Shown one piece after another: positions 20,679 to 31,653 of a stretch of DNA of 64,000 nucleotides (position 1 is the first letter of the stretch; every line of letters begins with the position of its first letter). The translations under genes were made by a program, and so were the position numbers. The notes beneath the pieces are model-generated. The model ran no database searches. It was not told the origin of the DNA and worked only from the letters and a program-made list of their open reading frames with translations. The stretch comes from Verrucomicrobiota bacterium (GTDB lineage Bacteria > Verrucomicrobiota > Verrucomicrobiia > Chthoniobacterales > UBA10450): positions 1,024 through 65,023 of the forward strand of contig JBKOYG010000047.1 in the NCBI GenBank assembly GCA_046725285.1, in the 5' to 3' direction.

Positions 20679-20683
20679 ACTTC

Positions 20684-21241
20684 TTAGGCGCGTCCCATGT
20701 AGGCGCCGGTGCGCGTGTCGATCTTAATAGTTTCGCCTTCTTTGATGAAGAGCGGGACGTTAATGGTCTTGCCGGTTTCCAGGGTTGCCGGCTTCGTTAC
20801 GTTGCTCGCCGCATCGCCGCGCACTCCCTCTGGCGATTCGACGACTTTCAAACCCACCGAGGCGGGCAACTCCACTTGCACCGGTTTGCCTTCTGCATAG
20901 AGGACCTGCACGGAAAGATTTTCCACCAGATAATCCTTGGCGTCGCCGATCAGATTTTCCTGCAATGTGATCGTATCGTACGTCTCTGAATCCATGAAAT
21001 GGTAGCCGTTGCGGTCTTTGTAAGAAAACTCGAGCTGCTTTCGCTCGATCTCGACCAGCTCCACCTTATCAGTTGAACCAAAACGAACATCGGCGCTTTT
21101 GCCGGTGTTGATGTAGCGGATGATCGCCTGGACGAAGGCGCGCAAATTTCCCGGCGTCCGATGATGGACTTCGAGAACAATGGCGGGATTACCATTGTAT
21201 TTTATGGCCATTCCTCTGCGAAGATCGTTTGCTGCGGGCAT
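20684..21241 (-). CDS. Elongation factor P family protein, closer to the YeiP/EfpL type
   Basis: 185 aa. N-terminus MPAANDLRRGMAIKYNG and C-terminus TRTGAYMGRA resemble E. coli YeiP (MPRANEIKKGMVLNYNG ... RRYMGRAD). The tip loop reads TPGNLRAF instead of KPGKGQAF. Confidence 0.75.
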   Translation of the reverse strand: MPAANDLRRGMAIKYNGNPAIVLEVHHRTPGNLRAFVQAIIRYINTGKSADVRFGSTDKVELVEIERKQLEFSYKDRNGYHFMDSETYDTITLQENLIGDAKDYLVENLSVQVLYAEGKPVQVELPASVGLKVVESPEGVRGDAASNVTKPATLETGKTINVPLFIKEGETIKIDTRTGAYMGRA

Positions 21242-21344
21242 GATTGAAGACGGGATTAGTTAAAAGGTTTTACAGCGTCACAACGTAACCGTCGCAACGT
21301 GAACGAGGGACGCGAATCTTACATGCGCTCTGTGATTTTGCAAT

Positions 21345-21394
21345 TGTAGGGCAGGCGCATCGCCCGCCAAGGCAACCGACGCGGTTGCCCTACA
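21345..21394. repeat. REP-like element TGTAGGGCA...TGCCCTACA
   Basis: Outer 9-bp inverted termini plus an inner GGCAACC-gacgc-GGTTGCC hairpin. The kdsD stop codon (CTA at 21390-21392, minus strand) lies in the terminus. Confidence 0.6.
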
Positions 21395-22361
21395 GCAGCT
21401 TCAAACGCGTGAGGTCTTGTGAATCAACAATACCAACCGGCACACTTTCATCATCAACCACGACCAAATCATCGATGCGATGGCGTTCGAGCAGATTAAG
21501 AACTTCAACGGCGAGCTTGTCTTTGTGCACCGTGACCGGGTTTAACGTCATCAGGTCCGCGACGAGCCGTTCGCCGATCTTCGGATCGATTTGAAAATGC
21601 CGAACGAAATCGCCATGCGTGAAAATCCCCAACAATTTTTGATTTTCGTCGGTTACAACGGCCGCGCCGGCGCGCACTCCGGTCATTGCCTTTAGCACAT
21701 CACGCACGGGCGTATCGGTAGAAACAATCGCCATGGCTTCGCGTGGCCGCATGATTTGGTGCACACGCATAAGCATGCTCCGGCCGATCATTCCGCCGGG
21801 ATGAAACTTCGCAAAATCTTCCTTGTTGAAACCGCGCGCCTCCAGCAACACCATGGCCAACGCATCACCCAACGCCAGCATCACTGTCGTGCTCGACGTC
21901 GGCGCCAGGTTCAAGGGGCAGGCTTCCTGTTCGATATTTACGTCGAGAAACAGGTGCGCGTTTTGTGCGAGCGTTGATTTCGGATCCCCGCACATGGCGA
22001 TAATCCTGACTTGGAAGCGAGCGATCGCCGGCAGAATCCGGACCATTTCTTCCGTCTCCCCGCTTGCGCTCAAAGCAAGCACAACGTCGCCATCGGCAAT
22101 TACGCCGAGGTCGCCGTGCAACGCGTTCGAGGAATCGAGCACCACCGCCGGTGACCCGGTGCTGGTGAGCGTGGCTGCAATCTTCGCGCCGATGTGCCCG
22201 GATTTTCCAACTCCCACGACGACGACTTTGCCCCGCGCATCGACCGTCTCCCTGATCAATTCAACGGCTCGGGAGAAATTTTCGCCCAGACGTTCCCGTA
22301 ATCGCTTTAACTCAAAAATTTCTATGTCCAGAACACGTCCGGCCTTTTCAAGGTAGTCCAT
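21390..22361 (-). CDS. kdsD: Arabinose-5-phosphate isomerase (SIS domain plus two CBS domains)
   Basis: VVVGVGKSGHIGAKIAATLTSTGSPA and two CBS repeats at the C-terminus. Start taken at MDYLEKAGRV (M31 of the track ORF). Confidence 0.8.
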   Translation of the reverse strand: MDYLEKAGRVLDIEIFELKRLRERLGENFSRAVELIRETVDARGKVVVVGVGKSGHIGAKIAATLTSTGSPAVVLDSSNALHGDLGVIADGDVVLALSASGETEEMVRILPAIARFQVRIIAMCGDPKSTLAQNAHLFLDVNIEQEACPLNLAPTSSTTVMLALGDALAMVLLEARGFNKEDFAKFHPGGMIGRSMLMRVHQIMRPREAMAIVSTDTPVRDVLKAMTGVRAGAAVVTDENQKLLGIFTHGDFVRHFQIDPKIGERLVADLMTLNPVTVHKDKLAVEVLNLLERHRIDDLVVVDDESVPVGIVDSQDLTRLKLL

Positions 22362-22429
22362 CGAAGTATATAATGTGGGCAGGCGTTGTGACGGGCAAGA
22401 ACTTGCACGGCGCGAACGAAAGGAAAAAT

Positions 22430-22729
22430 ATGAAAACATTAATGATCGCAATGCTGGCCGCGCTCGTTACAACCGCGTGGGCACAAGAATTCAGGGCACC
22501 AATTGGTCCGCAAAAACCGGTGCGAGCAATGCCCACACCGCCGCCGATTTCAGAACGCCCAGCCGTTGAGGGCGTGGTTCCGCGAGCGTTTAGCCCGGGG
22601 CGCAATCCATTTCAAATGCTCAATCCGTGGGCGCCGGCACGCTATGGTACCTGGGTAGACAGTACGTCGTTCGATCCCAACCATCCCGGAAAATGGAACG
22701 GGATTAAGCTGTTTGAAATTATTTTTTGA
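22430..22729 (+). CDS. Small secreted Pro-rich hypothetical protein
   Basis: Signal peptide MKTLMIAMLAALVTTAWA. No recognisable domain. Confidence 0.4.
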   Translation: MKTLMIAMLAALVTTAWAQEFRAPIGPQKPVRAMPTPPPISERPAVEGVVPRAFSPGRNPFQMLNPWAPARYGTWVDSTSFDPNHPGKWNGIKLFEIIF

Positions 22730-22756
22730 TTCCCAGTGGTCATGTCTCCTCGACGG

Positions 22757-23809
22757 CTAGGAAGCCGTCGCTCCTTGGAACTGAGCAAAAAAGTTTGCTA
22801 ATTGCGAACGCACCGCTTGAAACGAAAGCCGTTCTGCTGCTCGCTCCTCTGATTCGGTCACAATGGCGCCGCGTAAATCGGCGTTTTTCAACAAATCGAG
22901 CGCCATCGAAGCAATCTCGGTAATCGTCCGGCCCTCGCCGCAAGTTCTCGAAAATGCAATTCGTTCGATCGCGCCGTCGCCACCGACACAGGGGATCCGA
23001 CAGAGGAGAGCATCGCCCGCTACCTGGCCTGGCACATGGCTGCGATCTAACTGCAAGACGATCTTATGCCGCGCCACGTCCCGTAGATAATCCGGATAGG
23101 GTTTCCATTTCTCAATTACACGGAGCATTCCTTCCGGAAATTTCAGCTCGGAAAGCAAGCGTCGCGCCTTATATTCATCCAGATTAACGACGGTGACTGG
23201 TTCACCCGTCGCGCCACAAAGCTGACGCGCGACCAGTAGCGCCGCGAAATGATTGCGCGATGGCACGTCCCACTCGCGCGTGCCAACAAAGATTCCAGAT
23301 TGCTCGCCCGGGGACAGGCAGAAATTCCATCTCTGATCTTCAATAGGATAAGGCGTCGGAATGAATGCTACCCGCCTGAGGCGCGAGCGAGCGCTCTGAC
23401 AGATTTCCGCAGCTTCCGGAGTTGTAGCGATGCATCCATCCGCTTCTGCGACAATTCTCATGAAGCGCGATAATCTGGCACGGTCGCATAGCTGTTGTGC
23501 GATTTGGTGAAGTCCAGTCTCCTTTAACGAAACAACGACAGTGCGACCATGTTTCTTCAGGTCGGCCAATGCGCGCTCTGAAGCGCGAAAATCACCGCGC
23601 AAAAGCAGAAGAACCGGTGTGTTCTCCGCGATTGCGCGATGCGGATTATGATGAAAGGCTCCCTGCGTACAGGCAGCGAAGGCGTGGAAGTTGATTGGCG
23701 GGTGCGCGCCCTCGCCTGGCGCGGGCAGCGAGCGAAACTCCTGCTCCGCATCATGCCCCCTTGGATTGAGAACGGTAAGCCGAAAGCCGTCTACGTCGTG
23801 AGACGTCAT
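22757..23809 (-). CDS. Putative GT-B fold glycosyltransferase-like protein
   Basis: The C-terminal GQVAGDALLCRIPCVGGDGAIERIAF resembles the E(x7)E region of GT4 enzymes. Weak call. Confidence 0.4.
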   Translation of the reverse strand: MTSHDVDGFRLTVLNPRGHDAEQEFRSLPAPGEGAHPPINFHAFAACTQGAFHHNPHRAIAENTPVLLLLRGDFRASERALADLKKHGRTVVVSLKETGLHQIAQQLCDRARLSRFMRIVAEADGCIATTPEAAEICQSARSRLRRVAFIPTPYPIEDQRWNFCLSPGEQSGIFVGTREWDVPSRNHFAALLVARQLCGATGEPVTVVNLDEYKARRLLSELKFPEGMLRVIEKWKPYPDYLRDVARHKIVLQLDRSHVPGQVAGDALLCRIPCVGGDGAIERIAFSRTCGEGRTITEIASMALDLLKNADLRGAIVTESEERAAERLSFQAVRSQLANFFAQFQGATAS

Positions 23810-23812
23810 GGT

Positions 23813-26443
23813 CTATCGCCCGTCGTCGATCTTGCTTGGAGGCGGTATTGCCGATTTCAACAGCGTTTCATCCTCACCTTCCTGGTCCAGAGGTTTGACG
23901 GGTATTGCGCGCCGGATTTCGACCGGCTTCTTATCCTGCGGTTGGACCGGGATTGCTTTCCTGATCTCCGGAGCAGATTCCGCCGTTTGAGTACTGGATC
24001 CGGTTCCGCTGGCATTCGCCGTTTTCACTGCGCTGTCTCCCGTTACGCTGTCGGTCCTTTGATTTGCGACTGTTTCGGCTGCCGGCTGCGGCGCAGGCTC
24101 GGGTTTCAATGTTGGCTTAAGAGAATTGTAAGGATCCTTGTCGGCTAATAACGTGGGACTTTTTACGGCGATTGGCGTCACCTCACTCAGATCTACGGCC
24201 AATGCGGCGCGCGGCAGATCGCTCGAAGAGAAAAAGCGAGCAAGACGGGCGCGCGGTTCACCGTGGACATTGCAAGGCTCAGTTGGGACCTGCGACTGCG
24301 TGCCAATCTCCATGTAAGTGGTACGTAGCTGAACGGTATCGCCGTTCGCGGTCTTGACGGCGTCATAACATTTGTCGGTGGCAAGCAATCCGGATCTCGA
24401 ACAAATCTCCACTTGCTTGAGTCCGCCTGAGGCGGATGTGGGTTGCTTGATTTCTCGCGGTGGATAGTGGTCAGCCGCGGCATTCATGATGTCCACCCAG
24501 ACAGGCAGCGCCAGCTCGCTTCCAAATGCGCCGCGATAAATCTTTTGCGGCTTGTCGAAACCCGCCCAAACGGTGCAGGTGAAATTGGAATCATATCCGG
24601 CAAACAGCGCATCGGTAAAATCATAGGCGGTTCCGGTTTTACCGGCGGCGGGAATTTTCTTGAGACCAAATTGCGTGAAGGCAGCTTTTCCTGTCCCTGA
24701 TTCAAGCGCGTCAGAGAGGCAGGAGTGCACTTCGTACGCGGTTTCAGGTTTTGTAACGAGCTTGCGGATACTCTCCCGTTTCGCATCCCAAACCAAAGTT
24801 CCGTCCTTTTCTTCGATGCGCTCCAAAATATGCGACACGTTTGGTCGCCAGCCGCCGTTTGGGAACATCGTGTATGCGAGAGCGAGCTCGGCCAACGTGA
24901 CTTCGCTGCTCCCGAGAAACGTGGCCGGATAAGGACGAAGCGGGGAATGAATTCCCGCCGCAGCGCAAAGCTGCAACACTGCATCAACTCCCGCATCCAT
25001 CCCAACTCGGACGCTTGCGCCATTTTTTGATTTCGCCAGCGCTTGTCTGGCCGTCATCGCGCCTTCGTAACGATTCTCGGCGCTTTCAGGCCCCCATTCG
25101 CCCAGAATTCCGGTTGTGCCACCGATCATCACTGCGCGATTATCCAGTGGCGAATCCTCTACCAGTGAACCGGGATACATTCCTTTTTCGAAAGCCGCCG
25201 CGTAAACAAATGGCAACATCGCCGTCCCAGCGGGCCGGCGCGCTTGCAACGCGCGATCGTATTGGTTGTGCTCGAAATCGCGTCCACCGACCAGCACGAG
25301 AATATCGCCCATTGCATTGTCCAGTCCGATGACCGCGCCCTGCAAATACTCAGGTGGGGGCTGGTCAGATATTTTCCCGCTTGCTTTGGCCTTGCGAAAC
25401 GATGCTGCGTACTGGGCGTAAGTCTGGTGATTGTAATCGGGACGTTGTTCGATTCGTTCGAGATTCGTTCGCAGGGAATCTTCGGCAACCTTTTGCAGAT
25501 CGACATCGATTGTAGTGTGAATCCGATAGCCTTCGTTGATTGCCCGATCCCATCCGACGGCTGCGATAACCTGCTGACGAATGTAGTCGACTGCATACGT
25601 CTGTCCCTGCGCGTTTTGCCGGCTACCCACGACGATTTCCTGGGCTCGTGCATTGGCGAATTGTTCGCGGTTGATAAAGCGCAGCTCGCGCATCCGATCG
25701 AGCGCGTAGTCGCGCGCCTCCCGTGAAGTCGCGCGATCGGCCCACGGCGACAATCTGTTTGGGCTCTTGATCAGGCCCGCAAGCGTGGCGCATTCTGCCA
25801 GCGACATCTCACGGGCTGGCTTGCCAAAGTATCCCCGCGACGCTGCTTCCCCTCCGTACAGGCCACCGCCGAAATAGATCCGGTTCAGATATAACTCCAG
25901 GATTTTCTGCTTGCTGAAGTTGTCTTCAATCCGTTGTGCCAGGAAAATCTCCAGCAGCTTGCGTCGGAACGTTTTTTCCTTGAGCGAAAAACTGTTTCGC
26001 GCCAGTTGCTGCGTAATCGTGCTGGCGCCCTGGACCACGTGACCAGCGATCAAATTTCTCAGCGCTGCGCGGATAATTCCAAACAAATCGTAACCGTGAT
26101 GTTGGTAAAATTTTGCGTCTTCAACTGCGATGACCGCGTTAATGAGATCGGGAGGCAACTGGTCGTACGGCACGGTCTCGCGGTTCTCGACATAGATTTG
26201 GCCGAAAATCTTGCCGTTGCGATCGAGGATCACACTCGCCGATTCCATTTGTTCGAGCTTGTTTAGGTCGAACGCTTTGGCCTGCGCTTTGAGATCGGCG
26301 ACAAGACTGGAGATGTAGACTGCTAAGACGACGACAAGCACCGCAACGCAGGCAATTGGCACGTAAAACCACGGTCTCAAATACCAAGGCGGCCGAAAGC
26401 GATAGCCCGGTGGGGGCCTCAGATATGTGGCAGTCGGTCTCAA
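23813..26443 (-). CDS. mrcA: Class A penicillin-binding protein (transglycosylase + transpeptidase) with a low-complexity C-terminal tail
   Basis: GT51 motifs AVEDAKFYQHHG and GASTITQQLARN. Transpeptidase motifs KTGT and SxN region. The tail contains a near-repeat EIRKAIPVQP / EIRRAIPVKP. Confidence 0.85.
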   Translation of the reverse strand: MRPTATYLRPPPGYRFRPPWYLRPWFYVPIACVAVLVVVLAVYISSLVADLKAQAKAFDLNKLEQMESASVILDRNGKIFGQIYVENRETVPYDQLPPDLINAVIAVEDAKFYQHHGYDLFGIIRAALRNLIAGHVVQGASTITQQLARNSFSLKEKTFRRKLLEIFLAQRIEDNFSKQKILELYLNRIYFGGGLYGGEAASRGYFGKPAREMSLAECATLAGLIKSPNRLSPWADRATSREARDYALDRMRELRFINREQFANARAQEIVVGSRQNAQGQTYAVDYIRQQVIAAVGWDRAINEGYRIHTTIDVDLQKVAEDSLRTNLERIEQRPDYNHQTYAQYAASFRKAKASGKISDQPPPEYLQGAVIGLDNAMGDILVLVGGRDFEHNQYDRALQARRPAGTAMLPFVYAAAFEKGMYPGSLVEDSPLDNRAVMIGGTTGILGEWGPESAENRYEGAMTARQALAKSKNGASVRVGMDAGVDAVLQLCAAAGIHSPLRPYPATFLGSSEVTLAELALAYTMFPNGGWRPNVSHILERIEEKDGTLVWDAKRESIRKLVTKPETAYEVHSCLSDALESGTGKAAFTQFGLKKIPAAGKTGTAYDFTDALFAGYDSNFTCTVWAGFDKPQKIYRGAFGSELALPVWVDIMNAAADHYPPREIKQPTSASGGLKQVEICSRSGLLATDKCYDAVKTANGDTVQLRTTYMEIGTQSQVPTEPCNVHGEPRARLARFFSSSDLPRAALAVDLSEVTPIAVKSPTLLADKDPYNSLKPTLKPEPAPQPAAETVANQRTDSVTGDSAVKTANASGTGSSTQTAESAPEIRKAIPVQPQDKKPVEIRRAIPVKPLDQEGEDETLLKSAIPPPSKIDDGR

Positions 26444-26486
26444 GCTTTACGAAGGACTAGGTCGCCCAAGGTACGCGCCAAACGCC

Positions 26487-26627
26487 CAACGCTCAACCCG
26501 CCTGCGCCGAGGCTCCAGCGTGGCAAGCGATGAACGACTAATTGCCCGCCGGGCGTCATCGCAGTTGAATGTCGAGCGTGGACCGCTTGCCACACCGCGG
26601 CTTTCAGCGTAGGCGGGTTGAGCGTTG
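26487..26627. repeat. About 140-bp imperfect palindrome in the divergent PBP / methyltransferase intergenic region
   Basis: Outer arms CAACGCTCAACCCGCCTGCG / CGTAGGCGGGTTGAGCGTTG and inner arms CAGCGTGGCAAGCG / CGCTTGCCACACCG. Confidence 0.55.
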
Positions 26628-27728
26628 AGAACCCAAACGGGAGACCCCGCTCTGATTGAGCTTATCCGAACCGAGATTCGGAATCGCGGGCCACAACCAT
26701 TCGACTGGTTCATGGAGCAGGTGCTTTACCATCCTGAGCACGGATACTATTCCTCGGGCCGCTGCGCGATTGGCCGAAAAGGTGATTATTTCACTAACGT
26801 CAGCGTAGGCCCCCTCTTTGGGCAACTGATGGCGATGCAATTCTCTGAGATCTGGGCGCAACTCGGCAAGATCAAAAATTTTGTCATCGTTGAGCAGGGC
26901 GCACACAATGGCGAGTTCGCGCGCGACGTTCTGCAAGCTTTGCAAGAACACATGCCGGAATTCTTCGAAGCTTCACACTACCGAATAATCGAGCCGTTTC
27001 CGATTTTGCGAGAACGGCAATTGCAAATGCTGCAACCATTTCGAAATAAGATTGAATGGCACGATTCACTCGAGCCATTCACCGGTGTCCATTTTTCGAA
27101 CGAATTATTGGACGCAATGCCAGTACGGTTGATCAGCGGCGGCGTGGAAAAACTTGTCGACCTTCAAGCCGACAGGTTTGTGTTTATCGACCGTCTATCC
27201 TCAAGCGCGGCGTTTAATCAGGCTGCGCTGGATTGGGTGGACAGCATTGCGGCAAATTTGCAGCGAGGTTATGTGATCATCATTGATTACGGCCGCTCGC
27301 GCGATGAATTCCAGGGAAATGTTCAGGTTCGCGCTCGCCATCAACACCTCGACTCGGCCTTTGAGCAAATTGGCCAAGCGGACATCGCGATGCAAGTCGA
27401 TTGGACAAGCATTGCCCGTCGCGCGGAGGCAAATGGATTGCGCGTCGCAGGATTCACTGATCAACATCACTTCCTGACCGGAATCATTTCTGAATTTGGT
27501 AGGTGCGGTTCACCCGAACCGCCCGCTGGCAATTGGGGTCAATCGCCCCTAGCTGATTCACCCAAAACTAAACGCGCGCTGCAAACGTTGCTGCACCCCG
27601 AAATGCTCGGGCGCGCTTTTCAGGTACTCGCGCTCGCCAGGAACGTTGATTCCGACTCTCCGCCTTTGTCGGGTTTCAAATTCGCGCGCGAGGGCGCGCT
27701 CAGCGCTCGAAGTCTGAAATCAAATTAG
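26625..27728 (+). CDS. Class I SAM-dependent methyltransferase, MidA/NDUFAF7 (COG1565, DUF185) family
   Basis: PFDWFMEQVLYHPEHGYYS, GDYFTNVSVGPLFGQL, NELLDAMPV, IIIDYG. Confidence 0.7.
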   Translation: MRTQTGDPALIELIRTEIRNRGPQPFDWFMEQVLYHPEHGYYSSGRCAIGRKGDYFTNVSVGPLFGQLMAMQFSEIWAQLGKIKNFVIVEQGAHNGEFARDVLQALQEHMPEFFEASHYRIIEPFPILRERQLQMLQPFRNKIEWHDSLEPFTGVHFSNELLDAMPVRLISGGVEKLVDLQADRFVFIDRLSSSAAFNQAALDWVDSIAANLQRGYVIIIDYGRSRDEFQGNVQVRARHQHLDSAFEQIGQADIAMQVDWTSIARRAEANGLRVAGFTDQHHFLTGIISEFGRCGSPEPPAGNWGQSPLADSPKTKRALQTLLHPEMLGRAFQVLALARNVDSDSPPLSGFKFAREGALSARSLKSN

Positions 27729-27928
27729 TAAGCGGTTCAGGATGCATTCGGCCGATGTGAGCGCTGATTGCAGGCGTCGCAGCCCTCTTCCGTGCCCGAT
27801 TTATTTGCGAAGACGAAACTTTAGCTTTCATGGCCAAGCCCTTCTCGCACGCACGAATAATTGTCACATGATCGTAACTTGCCATTCAAAGCGACAGGCA
27901 AGTTGAATGACGTGTGAGCTCTGCTCGC

Positions 27929-28170
27929 TCATACGCCGTCAGTTCGGAGAATGATGAAACCCGTTTCAAAATCTCGACAAGCGAACCAATTCTCCCTCAG
28001 CGCTCGATGCGGGCGATATAAAGCGGCCCGAAAACGCTGGCAAAACTCCATGCCGTCAGCATCAACCCATAGATCGGTCCAACGTTTTTCGGTCCGAAAT
28101 ACATGTGATCGCAGTCGTGATGCTCCTTTCCATTTTGTTGCCAATCATTGTCCGACCGCCACGACGTGAA
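27929..28170 (-). pseudogene. Possible degenerate transposase (rve/DDE C-terminal) remnant, frameshifted
   Basis: Minus-strand frames give IGNKMERS (compare NGKxERF) and then, in another frame, FCQRFRAALYRPHRALRE (compare YNxxRPHxAL). Motif-level only. Confidence 0.3.
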
Positions 28171-28355
28171 CAAGCAATCTGAATTATCCGAACGCGTTTG
28201 TTTTTGCTGGCTTGGCTTACTACGCTATGACAACTTCAACCGACTGAAATTCGCTCCAGGCGCGAAACTGGATGGAGAATATGTTTGCGTTGCTTTCGAA
28301 ATGGCCGCTCGTTAGGCAAATCCGCGAACGCAAGGACGGCACCGGCCTTGAGTCG

Positions 28356-31300
28356 ATGTCGGACAAGACGCGAGCGCTGCGAGCGAGGACAGATAATGCT
28401 CAGGTCGCGCGCTCCATTTGTCCATATTGCGGTGTCGGCTGCGGGCAGCTGATTTATCACAAGGACGGGAAACTGATTTCCATCGAGGGCGATCCGGAAA
28501 GTCCCATTAGCCAGGGGAATCTTTGTCCGAAAGGCGCGGCTTCCTATCAGCTGCTAACACACAATCGCCGCGAAATAAGAATGAAATATCGCGCGGCGCG
28601 CGCGAGGGAATGGCAGGAGATGCCGCTCGACCGCGCAATGGACATGGTGGCGGATCGCGTTTGGGAATCGCGCAAGCGCACCTTCGTGCACAAGCGAAAT
28701 GGTGTGACGATCAATCACACGACGGCAATCTGTCATCTTGGCGGCGCCACTCTCGATATTGAAGAGAATTATCTAATTCGAAAACTGTTCACACTTGGCC
28801 TGGGAATGGTGTGTATATCCAACCAGGCGAGGATATGACATAGCAGCACGGTGCCCGGTCTGGGCACCTCCTTTGGCCGGGGCGGAGCTACGACTGCGCA
28901 ACAAGATCTCGCCAACGCCGATTGCATTTTAATCGAAGGCTCGTCGATGGCCGAAGCACACCCGGTTGGATTCCGCTGGGTCATGAAAGCGAAAGAGCGG
29001 GGCGCGACGATCATTCATGTGGATCCGCGGTTTTCGCGTACCAGCGCGCTGGCAGACATTTGTGTTCCGATCCGAGCGGGTAGCGACATCGCGTTTCTTG
29101 GCGGTCTGATCAGGCACATTATTGAGAACAACCTTTTCTTCCGCGACTACGTTGTTCATTACACAAACGCGTCCTGCATTCTGCGTGAGGATTTCCGGGA
29201 CACCGATGAGGGAGCGACTGGCCTGTTTTCCGGCTTCAATCCCGACAAGCGGACCTACGACAACAAAACGTGGCTCTACGAAGGAGCAGATCGCCTTAGC
29301 TTTCCAAAGCGCGATCTGACGCTGCAACATCCCCGTTGCGTGTTTCAGGCGTTGAAACGGCACTTCGCCCGTTACACGCCTGAGATGGTGCAGGAGATCT
29401 GCGGCATCGCACCGGCACTGTTTCACAAGGTAGCTGAGGTACTCGTTAAAGCGTCAGGGCCGGACAAAACCGCGGCGATTTGTTATGCGGTGGGATGGAC
29501 CCAGCAGTCGAAGGGGGTTCAGATCATTCGCAGCGCGTCGATTTTGCAACTTCTGCTCGGCAATATCGGTCGACCAGGCGGCGGAATCCTTGCCTTGCGC
29601 GGTCATGCGTCAATCCAAGGCTCAACTGACGTTCCAACGCTCTACGATATTTTACCGGGATACTTGCCGATGCCGCTCGGTGACGGCACTGAGGAAACAC
29701 TGCGCGATTATTTGGTCAAGAACACAAAGCCGACCGGTCTTTGGAACAACACTCCCGCTTATTTCATCAGCTTACTCAAGGCTTACTACGGGAAAAACGC
29801 GACCGCAGAAAACGACTTTGGCTACAAATGGGTCCCGAAGATCACCGGCAACCATTCCTTCTTCGAATACCTCTACGACATGGCCGATGGAAAAATGGAG
29901 GGCATGTTTGTCATGGGCCAGAATCCGGCTGTGGCCGCGCCAAACTCCCGCTTTCAGCGAAGGGCGCTCTCAAAGCTAAAATGGCTGGTCGTCCGCGACA
30001 TGGTGGAAATCGAAACGGCTTCATTTTGGGCCGATTCACCTGAAATCGAACGCGGGGAACTGAAATCCGACGAGATTGAAACCGAAGTCTTCTTTTTCCC
30101 ATCGGCTGGTCACGCAGAGAACGACGGCACGTTTACGAACACACAGCGGCTTTTGCAATGGCGTCAGCCCGCAGTACCGCCTCCTGGCGATTGTCGGTCC
30201 GACGAGTGGTTCATGCATCAATTGGCGATCCGGTTAATCGCCAAGGCAAAGGAATCGACCGACCCGATCGACGACCCCTTACGCAACCTTGATTGGTGGT
30301 ATCCACAAGATGAAACCGGCATGCCGCCTACCGAAGCAATTTTGGCCGAGATCAATGGGTGGCACACTGACCCAGCAGCGAAAAGTACCGGCCCGGCTGA
30401 GACTGATGGCGTCGTCTGCGGGCTTGATCGCAACGGCGTGCTGCATCACGGACCGCAGATCGACGGTTACCCGCAACTGAAGTCAGACGGTTCCACCGCC
30501 TGTGGTAGCTGGATTTACTCGGGTGTTTTCGGGCCGGACAAGGTCAATAAGGCGAACTCACGCCATTCGAAGGATTATCTTGGCCATGGCTGGGGCTTTT
30601 CCTGGCCGGGAGACCGCCGCATCATATATAATAGAGCGAGCGCGAGGCCGGACGGACGACCTTGGGACGAACGCAAAAAGCTCATTTGGTGGGACGCAAG
30701 CCAAGGGAAATGGCTTGGTGGCGATGAACCCGATTTCCCGCTGCAAAAAGCACCCAGCTACCAGCCCCAGGGTATTGAAACCGGGCTCGATGGCATTTCC
30801 GGTGACGCGCCGTTCATTCTGCACGAGGATGGACTTGGTTGGCTCCATGTGCCACGCGGTCTGCAAGACGGTCCCATGCCTACGCACTATGAACCACTCG
30901 AATCCCCAGTGCGTAACAAGCTTTACGGCCGCGACACGAACCCTGTGGCCAATTGGTTTACGGCCGATGAAAACCGCTTTGCGCCGCCCGGTGATCCGCG
31001 GTTCCCTTACGTTCTAACGTCCTACCGCCTTACGGAACATCATACCGCCGGTGGAATGTCGCGCTTTCTCCCGCATTTGGCCGAACTGCAACCTGAAATG
31101 TTCGCCGAAATGTCTCCTGAACTAGCCAACACGTTAGGTGTAACAAATGGCGATTATGTTTCGGTCATCAGCTTACGTGGCGCGATCGAGGCACGGGCCC
31201 TCGTCAGTCGCAGAATCCGACCCGTGCAGTTGGATGGCCATACAGTTCATCAAATCGCGTTGCCTTTTCACTTCGGGACAGCCGGTCCGGTGAAGGGCGG

Positions 31301-31550
31301 TGCTGCCAACGACTTATTCGCCATCTCCGGCGAACCGAACGTTACGATCATGGAAACCAAGGCGGCCTGTTGCAACGTTGTGCCCGGAAAGCTACCGCGC
31401 GGCCCTGCATTCGAGGAATGGATCAAAAATTACGTGCCGGAAGGCGGCCCACCAAATTTGCACCCCGAACAACCGCCGCCGGGTGCCGGCGCGTCTTCAG
31501 GTGCAGGTGCCGGCGGTCAGAGTCAACACGGCAAGATCGACGATCGATGA
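28356..31550 (+). CDS. fdnG: Formate dehydrogenase-N-type catalytic alpha subunit, selenocysteine-containing (UGA at 28836-28838 read through)
   Basis: Track ORFs 28272-28838 and 28851-31550 share one frame and are joined by ISNQARI-U-HSSTVPGLGTSFGRGGATT, which matches E. coli FdnG DNQARVUHGPTVASLAPTFGRGAMTN. N-terminal CPYCGVGCG cluster. Close collinearity with FdnG throughout. Start uncertain (28272 or 28356). Confidence 0.9.
28836..28868 (+). promoter_or_regulatory. Selenocysteine UGA plus bacterial SECIS-type hairpin
   Basis: UGA, an 11-nt spacer, then GGUGCCC-GGUCU-GGGCACC (28850-28868). The GGUCU apical loop resembles that of the E. coli fdhF SECIS. Confidence 0.8.
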
Positions 31551-31653
31551 ACGATCGAAATCGAGTGATGGAGTTTTGGAGTGCGGGAGTAATCCCGAAG
31601 ACACCGCCTGATTCCACTACTCCATTGCTGCATTGCTTCATTACCCCGGGGTT

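Noticed and set aside
27700-27885. 61-aa minus-strand ORF that, together with 27929-28144, could look like a small TA pair.
   Set aside because: Neither product resembles a known toxin or antitoxin. The upstream ORF is better explained as a frameshifted transposase remnant.
28836-28838. The in-frame TGA splitting the formate dehydrogenase alpha gene, read as a pseudogene lesion.
   Set aside because: The position corresponds exactly to the Sec codon of FdnG (QARVU/HGPT context) and is followed by a SECIS-like hairpin, so it is read as selenocysteine.
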